A stretch of DNA of 64,000 nt from Octopus vulgaris (lineage: Eukaryota), in the NCBI GenBank assembly GCA_951406725.2, contig OX597818.1:138136001-138200000 (forward strand). The letters run 5' to 3'. The first letter of the stretch is position 1, and the number at the start of each line of letters is the position of its first letter. Shown here one piece after another: positions 55,190 to 64,000 of the stretch. Made by a program: the position numbers and the translations under genes. The notes under the pieces were generated by a model, which saw only the letters and a program-made list of their open reading frames with translations, was not told the DNA's origin and did no database searches.

Positions 55190-55547
55190 TCCGGGTTCAG
55201 TCCCACTGCGTGGCATCTTGGGCAAGTGTCTTCTGCTATAGCCCCGGGCCGACCAATGCCTTGTGAGTGGATTTGGTAGACGGAAACTGAAAGAAGCCTG
55301 TCGTATATATGTATATATATATAAGTGTGTGTGTATATGTTTGTGTGTCTGTGTTTGTCACCCTAGCATTGCTTGACAACCGATGCTGGTGTGTTTACGT
55401 CCTTGTCACTTAGCGGTTCGGCAAAAGAGACCGATAGAATAAGTACTGGGCTTACAAAGAATAAGTCCCGGTGTCGATTTGCTCGACTAAAGGCGGTGCT
55501 CCAGCATGGCCGCAGTCAAATGACTGAAACAAGTAAAAGAGTAAAAG
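55190..55547 (+). mobile_element. SINE family 2, 5'-truncated
   Basis: Starts at the B box, ccgggttcagtccc. Confidence 0.85.
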
Positions 55548-55964
55548 ATTATGTGTGTGTGTGTGTGTCTGTGTGTACATCTATATATGTGTGTATGCAT
55601 CTGCGTTTCTATGTATGTGCATGTGTGCGTGGGGGTGCTTGTATATATATGTGCGTATGTATGTATGTATATATGATAAGCGTGTATTCGTGTAGATACA
55701 TATATGTATAAATATATGAATATATGCATGTCTATCCATGCGTATATACGTATGTAAGAGTGCATACATGTATATGTATGGATATATATGTATGCATTTG
55801 TATATATATGCACCGTTATGTATGCATACGTATGTATGTAAGTATGTATGTATATATACGCACGTATGTATCTATATTTCTGTGTGTGTACATGTATTTG
55901 TTTTAGTAAATGTGTGAACACACATTTAAGAAAACAGATACATGTAAAGGCAAGCACAAACAGG

Positions 55965-56006
<42 letters not shown>

Positions 56007-57184
56007 CACACACATACACACACACATGCACACACATACACACATATTCACACACACACGTGCAGAAAGACATGCTGTAGATATGTAAACACACGCAATC
56101 ATCCACACAGACAAGCACACCCAGAGATACGCACACAAACACAGGCACACACACTTATTCACACACACGTACCTATGCACGCATTCATACACGCATACAC
56201 ATGCCCTTACATGCATACACACAAACTGCAACTCACATGTTCCCACATAGAAACGCATATACATACACACTCATACACATGATTACGTACATAATCATAC
56301 GCAAAATCATACACACAAGCATACACACACGCATACACACACATACGAATACACTGACCATGATATGCATGTACAGTAATACATATACATATGCACAAAC
56401 AGAAACTCACACACACACACACACACACGCCCAGAATGTTTTAGATGCTCCCACATAGAAGAAACACGTACACACACACACAATCATGCCCAACAACACA
56501 TACACAAACGTACACAAGGTCACACACACGCACGCACGCACGCACGCACATGCACAGACCATCACATACATTTACAGTAATACACATATGCATGCATGCA
56601 CAAATAGAAACACGCACGCACAGAGAAAATTTTACACACTTCCACATAGCAACGCGTACACACACACATTCATACGCATAGTCATATACACAACCATACA
56701 CACACAATTCCACACACACACACACACACACACATATATCTGCATACATGCATGTCTGCGTGCGGACGGACATATACACACGAGCGCAGATATAGAGACA
56801 CAGAGAATGCATATGGACGGAGGCAGAGCGAAATTGCCACTTAATTGAGCAACTTATCATTTGAATAATCTAATAGTGAACCGCCTACATAGAATTAGAG
56901 GTCCTTAATAGCCGTCTGGCATCTAGTTCATAGGTTGTATGGGTTGTATATACGCTTCTGCCTTGGTCTACCCACGCCATTCGTACGTACAGGGACAACC
57001 TCCACGCACAATACGTACGTACGTACGTACGCATGCTTTCACCAAACACCCATTCACGTATTGACATACGAATATACATGCAACCGCGCTAACATAGTCA
57101 TGCAATGGTAAAACACACGCAGTGACGCAAATATCATTGCATACAAACACAAGCGCTTCAACACAAACACACACACACATACGT

Positions 57185-57216
<32 letters not shown>

Positions 57217-57249
57217 GTACACGCACAACACAAACACACACACACACAC

Positions 57250-57289
<40 letters not shown>

Positions 57290-57349
57290 ACACGCTCAAC
57301 ACAAACACACACGTACACACACACACACACTCGTACACGCACAACACAA

Positions 57350-57382
<33 letters not shown>

Positions 57383-57396
57383 AACACACACAAACA

Positions 57397-57462
<66 letters not shown>

Positions 57463-58166
57463 AACACACACACACACACACTCACACACACACACACACT
57501 CACACACATACACATACACACACACACTCACACACACACACACACACACGTACACGTACACGCACATAAATACATGCATGCCCGGACGTTTTGTGGCATG
57601 TGTGTCTGTGTGTCTGTGCGTATGATGTAAGCTGTTCATTAGTAGACAGCTATGGAAGCGTGTATATAGTTATGTATGATGGAGGTCTGTCTTTCTATAG
57701 CTATATCTGGTGCAGGTGTATATACAGCTCTGTCTTTCTATAGCTATATCTGGTGCAGCTCTGTCTAATGGCTGTATACAGCTGTGTCTGATGTAAGCTG
57801 ATATATATTTTGTCTGATGGAGGAGTGCATGTACGGCTGTGTCTGGTGTCAGCTGTGTTATGTATCTTGTCTGATGGAGGAGCGATTATACACATATTTA
57901 TACAGTTATGTCTGATGTAAGCTGTGTTATATATCTTGTCTGATGGAAGAGTGCATATGCAGTTGTGTCTGATAGACGTATTTATACAGCTGTTAGGGAT
58001 GAAGTTTTTTTATGCAGTTACGTCTGATGCAGGTGTGTTTAAAGCCATGCCCTAATGTAAGTTGTGTTTACAAATTGTGTGATTAAGGTATGTGTATACA
58101 GAAGTATATGACAGGTGTGTATATACATAGGTGTGTATATACATTTGTATCTGATGCAAAGGAGGT

Positions 58167-58252
<86 letters not shown>

Positions 58253-58396
58253 CCGAGGTCGACTTTGCCTTTCAGCCTTTCGGGTCGATAAATAAAGTAC
58301 CAGTTACGCACTGGGGTCGATGTAATCGACTTAATCCCTTTGTCTGTCCTTGTTTGTCTCCTCTATGTTTAGCCCTTTCTGGGCCGTAAAGAAATA
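58253..58396 (+). mobile_element. SINE family 1, 5'-truncated, tail type 1
   Basis: Family 1 core and tail within (TA)n. Confidence 0.8.
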
Positions 58397-58661
58397 TATA
58401 TATATATATATATGGCTATGTCTGTTCAGAGCTGTGTATACAGCAGTGTGTAATGAAGGTGTGTGTGTATATATATATATGCGTCTGATGGCTCTGAGTA
58501 TATGCAGCTGCATTTGACCAGCGGTGTGTGTACAGCTGTGTCTGACGGAAATGTGTGTAGAGAGCTAAATTTGATGGATGTGTGGGTATATAGTTTTGTA
58601 TGGTGTAGGTGGGTTTCTAAACGTGTGTCTGTTTGTACAAAAGTACATATTGTAGGTGTGT

Positions 58662-58718
<57 letters not shown>

Positions 58719-58801
58719 GAATTTACAAAAAGCAAAAGACAAAGATGTGTGTGTAAACAACGAACAGATGTATTAGTTTAGCGCTCAGGAAGTGAGAAAG
58801 T

Positions 58802-58836
58802 CTTTTACGTTTCGAGCCTACGCTCTTCGACAGAAA
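58802..58836 (-). ncRNA. Minimal hammerhead-like motif, family A
   Basis: Reverse complement ttt|CTGTCGA|a|gagc-gtag-gctc|GAA|acgt|A|aaag. Confidence 0.6.
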
Positions 58837-59056
58837 TAAACAGGGAAAGAAAATAGAAAAAGTTATAGTGGCTAGCGATCTATCATGGCGATATATGACC
58901 TACGTTGGATTCCTCATTCGCATAATCACCGAACCTGGAGCATAATTATAGTCTGTCCGTAGCACTTACTCAGCATTACCTGACACCTCTGGGTCTTATC
59001 GACACCATTACTTCTCATAACCTCTTTCTCTCTCTCTCTCTCTCTGTATATATCTA

Positions 59057-59122
<66 letters not shown>

Positions 59123-59190
59123 CAGATAGATAGATAGATAGATAGATATAGATATATATATATATACATATACTACATATATATATATAT

Positions 59191-59437
59191 GACAGACGAA
59201 ATACCTATTTCTTTTCTACCCACAAGGGGCTAAACACAGAGAGGACAAACAAGGACAGACAAACGGATTAAGGCGATTATATCGACCCCAGTGCGTAACT
59301 AGTACTTAATTTATCGACCCCGAAAGGATGAAAGGTAAAGTCGACCTCGGCGGAATTTGAACTCAGAACGTAACGGCAGACGAAATACGGCTACGCATTT
59401 CGCCCGGCGTGCTAACGATTCTGCCAGCTCGCCGCCT
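59191..59437 (-). mobile_element. SINE family 1 with a short internal re-start
   Basis: Reverse complement ends ...aaagaaata|ggtatttcgtctgtc. Confidence 0.85.
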
Positions 59438-59544
59438 TATATAATAATATTACCACAAACAGCTCTATTAATAACTAAGATCGTAACTCTAGGACTGCCA
59501 TTCATAAGTTTTGGTCGTATCAAATCTCTGCACCCGGCTCGGTG

Positions 59545-59615
<71 letters not shown>

Positions 59616-59620
59616 ATATC

Positions 59621-59663
<43 letters not shown>

Positions 59664-59887
59664 GTGGATCTATCTGTCTATCTATCTATCTCCATAAATA
59701 TCTATGTATGTATGTATGTGTATGTATGTATGAACATATGTATAAGACTTATCCATTTCGTCTCTCACTTTTTCTCATGCTCGCATATACACGTACGCTT
59801 CCTCTCTCTCCCTCTCACTCTCTCTCTTTCTCTCTCCTCCCCCCTCTCTCTCAGTTTCTTTCAATTTCTTTTTATCTAGTTGGTGTT

Positions 59888-59923
<36 letters not shown>

Positions 59924-60025
59924 TGTGTATGCAAATATGTATGTAGAAATATATGCGCATGTACATATTCGTGTGTATATATGTAAGTAGATAGATAGAA
60001 AGCTAGATAGATCGATCGACGGATG

Positions 60026-60099
<74 letters not shown>

Positions 60100-60396
60100 A
60101 AGCTAGATAGATCGATCGATGGCTAGATAGATAGATAGTTAGATAGATAGATGCATAGATATGGGTATATATATATGTGTGTATATTTGCATGCATGCAA
60201 GTATGTATGTAATTATGCATATATGTACGTCATTTGTCTTTCGTTTTTCTTACCTTGTCTTTGTGAGGAAGATGCACACACACACACACACGTGCACACA
60301 CGCTCACACATACATATACGCACGCACATACGCACACATGCATATACTCTTCTCTGACTCTTTCCCTCCTTCTTTGTTTTCCCTGTCCTCTTCTCT

Positions 60397-60440
<44 letters not shown>

Positions 60441-61178
60441 TTCACTTTCTGTCTATGTCTCTTTATTTTCTCCTCTCCTCTCAGATCCGCCAACCATCAT
60501 CACCAACACCACCACCACCACTACCACCACCACCACAACTACCTCCACCATAACCACCACCATAAACACCCCCACAACCACCACAACCACCACCACCACC
60601 ACAACCACCACCACCACCACCACAACCACCACCACCACCACCAACAACAACCACCACCACCTCCTTCGCCGCCGCCACCACCTTTCGCCGCCGCCACCAC
60701 CTTCACCACCATCACCGCCGTTGCCCACAACCTCCATTACCACCGACACCATTACCACCACCTCCTCCCCCACATCTCTCTCTCCCTCTCTCTCTCTCAC
60801 TCCCTCACCCCACACTCCACACTGCATGGTCCACACAGATCCCCTCCACCATTCTCGCAAGCTGAGTGCAGTTAGAAGTCAGGGTGGAGCCGGTGTGTGT
60901 GCTGCAGAGCCCAGGTTTCCCGGGTAACAATTAACCACATTATTATCTGGCCCGATGACATTGGGGAGGTTGACGATGCCGAAGTAACCCACCTCACCTG
61001 CCCACACCTCACCACCACCATTGGCAGACACCTTGCTGTCTCCTCCTCAACACATGCTTTCTTATGCGGCACACACCCACACACACATTACCGGAAGTTG
61101 ATTAACATACACACACATACGCGTCTACACACGCATACGGGAATACTTCCCTAAATATATATATATAACAAAGTGGAG

Positions 61179-61303
<125 letters not shown>

Positions 61304-61523
61304 TATATACATACATATACACGCACACACATACACATATGCATACATATGTACATACGTTTTTACGTTGAAAGACATTCTTTCAAGAGGCATATATACA
61401 AATACGTTCGTATACTCGTAGAAATGCATAGAACCATTCAAATATATGTGTGTGTGTGTGTGTGTGTGTGTAATGTATGTAGATTAATAGATAGATAGAT
61501 AAATACATACATACATACATACA

Positions 61524-61559
<36 letters not shown>

Positions 61560-61696
61560 CATATATACATACATACATACATACATACATACATACATAC
61601 ATACATACATACATACATACATACATACATACATACATACATACAAACGGATGGACAGACAGAGAGATAGATAAATAGATAGATATATAGATAGTT

Positions 61697-61733
<37 letters not shown>

Positions 61734-62126
61734 AATAAAGAAGTTATTGACACGCGTACATGCACACATACGCACTATGTGTGTGTTTGTGTTATGTGTG
61801 TGTGTGTTTGTTGTGTATACGTGCACACACAGACACATTACAGACACAAACAAAGACTAATACACACGCGTAGACACGCACAGAAACGCACACACACACG
61901 CACGCACGCACATACACATATACACGCAACTGAAGGGAAAGGGCGGGTTTTATTGTCGATAATCATTTTGTATTATATAAACCAAGATGGTCGTATTTTA
62001 TATTACATCATAGTCTGTCAGTCGGTCTCCTTCTTTCTTTCTGTGTAACTGTCTGTGTATTTGCTTCATATATCCATCTATCTGTCTATCTATCTATCTT
62101 GTGTGCGTATATATATACGAGTAGTG

Positions 62127-62447
62127 AGGGCGCGTGGCTTAGTGGTTAGGGCATTCGGCTCATGATCGTAAGGTTGTGAGTTCGATTCCCGGCGACGCGT
62201 TGTGTCCTTGAGCAAGACACTTTATTTCACGTTGCTCCAGTCCACTCAGCTGGCAAAAATGAGTTGTACTTGTATTTCAAAGGGTCAGCCTTGTCACTCT
62301 CTGTGTCACGCTGATTATCCCCGAGAACTACGTTAAGGGTACACGTGTCTGTGGAATGCTCAGCCATTTGCACGTTAATTTCACGAGCAGGCTGTTCCGT
62401 TGATTCAGATCAGCCGGAACCCTCATCGTCGTAACCGGCGGAGTCTT
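62127..62447 (+). mobile_element. Chimeric SINE: family 4 head and CORE-like segment joined to the family 3 body and tail
   Basis: gggcgcgtggcttagtgg...cagctggcaaaaatgagt runs into tgtacttgtatttcaaaggg...gtcgtaaccggcggagt. Confidence 0.8.
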
Positions 62448-62846
62448 TTTAATATATATACGTACATGTATATATTTGTGTGTGTCTGTGTTCATCCCCC
62501 CCACCATTGCTTGACAACCGATGTTGGTGTGTTTACGTCCCCTTAACTTAGCAGTTTGGCAAAAGAGACCAATAGAATAAGTACTGGGCTTACAAAGAAT
62601 AAGTCCTGGGGTCGATTTGTTTGACTAAAGGCGGTGCTCCAGCATGGCTGCAGCCAAATGACTGAACCAATTGAACATTTTTTTTAAAATTTTATTTTAT
62701 CCCCCCCTTTTTTTGTCCTCTTTCTTTCCATTTACGATCCCTTTTGATCGAAAACCAAACCCCCCTTTTTTTACCCCCAAAAGAAAAGCTCAACCTTGTA
62801 ATTTTGTCCTGTCTGTGTGCAGCCCTGTGTGGCTAATAAAGAAACA

Positions 62847-62920
<74 letters not shown>

Positions 62921-62921
62921 C

Positions 62922-62963
<42 letters not shown>

Positions 62964-62977
62964 ATCTATCTATCTAT

Positions 62978-63187
62978 CTTTTACTCTTTTACTTGCTTCA
63001 GACAGTTGACTGTGGCCATGCTGGAGCACCGCCTTTAGTCAAGCAAATCGACCCCAGGATTTATTCTTCGTAAGCCTAGTACTTATTCTATCAGTCTCTT
63101 TTGCCAAACCGCTAAGTTACGGGGACGTAAACACACCAGCATTGGTTGTCAAGCGATGTTGGGGGAGGGACAAACACAGACACACAA

Positions 63188-63268
<81 letters not shown>

Positions 63269-63572
63269 CTCCAGCGTGTTTCGAAGGTGAGGACAGAACA
63301 CGTCTCGTCGAACTAATCCTTCCTGCGAAAGAATGAAATAAAATTCCTTTGCAGAGGAGTAAAAACAAGGGAAAAAAAATTGGAAAAAAAATAGTGACAA
63401 AAACAGGACGTAAAAACAATACAATTAAAAACAACCACAAAATAAAAATACAACCACAAAAAAATACAGCACAAGAAGGAACAAAAACAGGGCATATACA
63501 TATATACGACGGGCTTCTTTCAGTTTCCGTCTACCAAATCCACACACAAGGCTTTGGTCGGCCAGAGGCTAT
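62978..63572 (-). mobile_element. SINE family 2 interrupted at its internal microsatellite by a ~230-bp unrelated insert (63268-63495)
   Basis: Tail half at 62978-63245 and head-side half at 63496-63572. Confidence 0.7.
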
Positions 63573-63633
63573 CTATCTTTCTATCTATCAATCTATCTAT
63601 CTAGCTAGCTAGCTATCTAAGTATCTATTCTAT

Positions 63634-63691
<58 letters not shown>

Positions 63692-64000
63692 CATCTATCT
63701 ATCTATCTATCTATTCTATTCTATTCTATTCTATTCTATCTGTGCCCGTCTATCAATCTATTCTTCTTATCTATCAATCTTGCTCTCTATCTGCCTGTTT
63801 ATTCTGTACCTATCTTTCTGTCAATGAATCTATGAAACTATATAGCTCGCTAGCCGTTTAATCTGTCAATCTATCTTGCTATTTGACTATCAATCAAGTT
63901 ATTTATCGACATCACTTCCTCTTTAAGAATATCTATCTATGTATTTGTCTTTCTTATTTTTTGTTTTGCTTTTTTTCTTTTGTTTTGTTTCGCCTTTTGT

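Noticed and set aside
62127-62200. tRNA-like sequence with A/B boxes and a CAT anticodon-like loop (similar heads at 10227 and 38372)
   Set aside because: There is no proper acceptor stem and it runs directly into a SINE body, so it is a SINE head rather than a tRNA gene.
63268-63320. Minus-strand tcgacga...gaaac as a further hammerhead
   Set aside because: Stem II does not abut GAAA, and stems I and III do not pair convincingly.

Overview
This is eukaryotic DNA with a very high microsatellite load, most likely from a coleoid cephalopod (Octopus sp.); that is an inference from the (TA)/(CA)/(GATA)/(TTA) density and the SINE families present. Only one protein-coding exon is well supported: the first coding exon (35781-36923, +) of a PDZRN3/PDZRN4 (LNX3/4)-like E3 ligase, with a RING finger, a TRAF-type zinc finger, a coiled coil and a long poly-Asn/Ser/Gly linker. 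I found no recognisable PDZ exon in the following 27 kb. The rest is simple repeats, at least four tRNA-derived SINE families (several with clear TSDs), decayed LINE fragments (L1/Tx1, RTE, R4/Dong), Tc1/mariner-superfamily and pogo-like remnants, a MITE and a 100-N gap. The most interesting signal is a set of three unrelated short repeat families, mostly embedded in (TA)n or (CA)n. Each carries a minimal type I hammerhead-ribozyme fold with a different substitution in the normally invariant core (A6U, U4C, or U3-A8), and two of the families sit in long inverted repeats resembling Penelope-like pseudo-LTRs. One SINE family also shows a recurrent exact dimer junction and interchangeable 3' tails. 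Nearly all ORFs in the supplied track are microsatellite artefacts.
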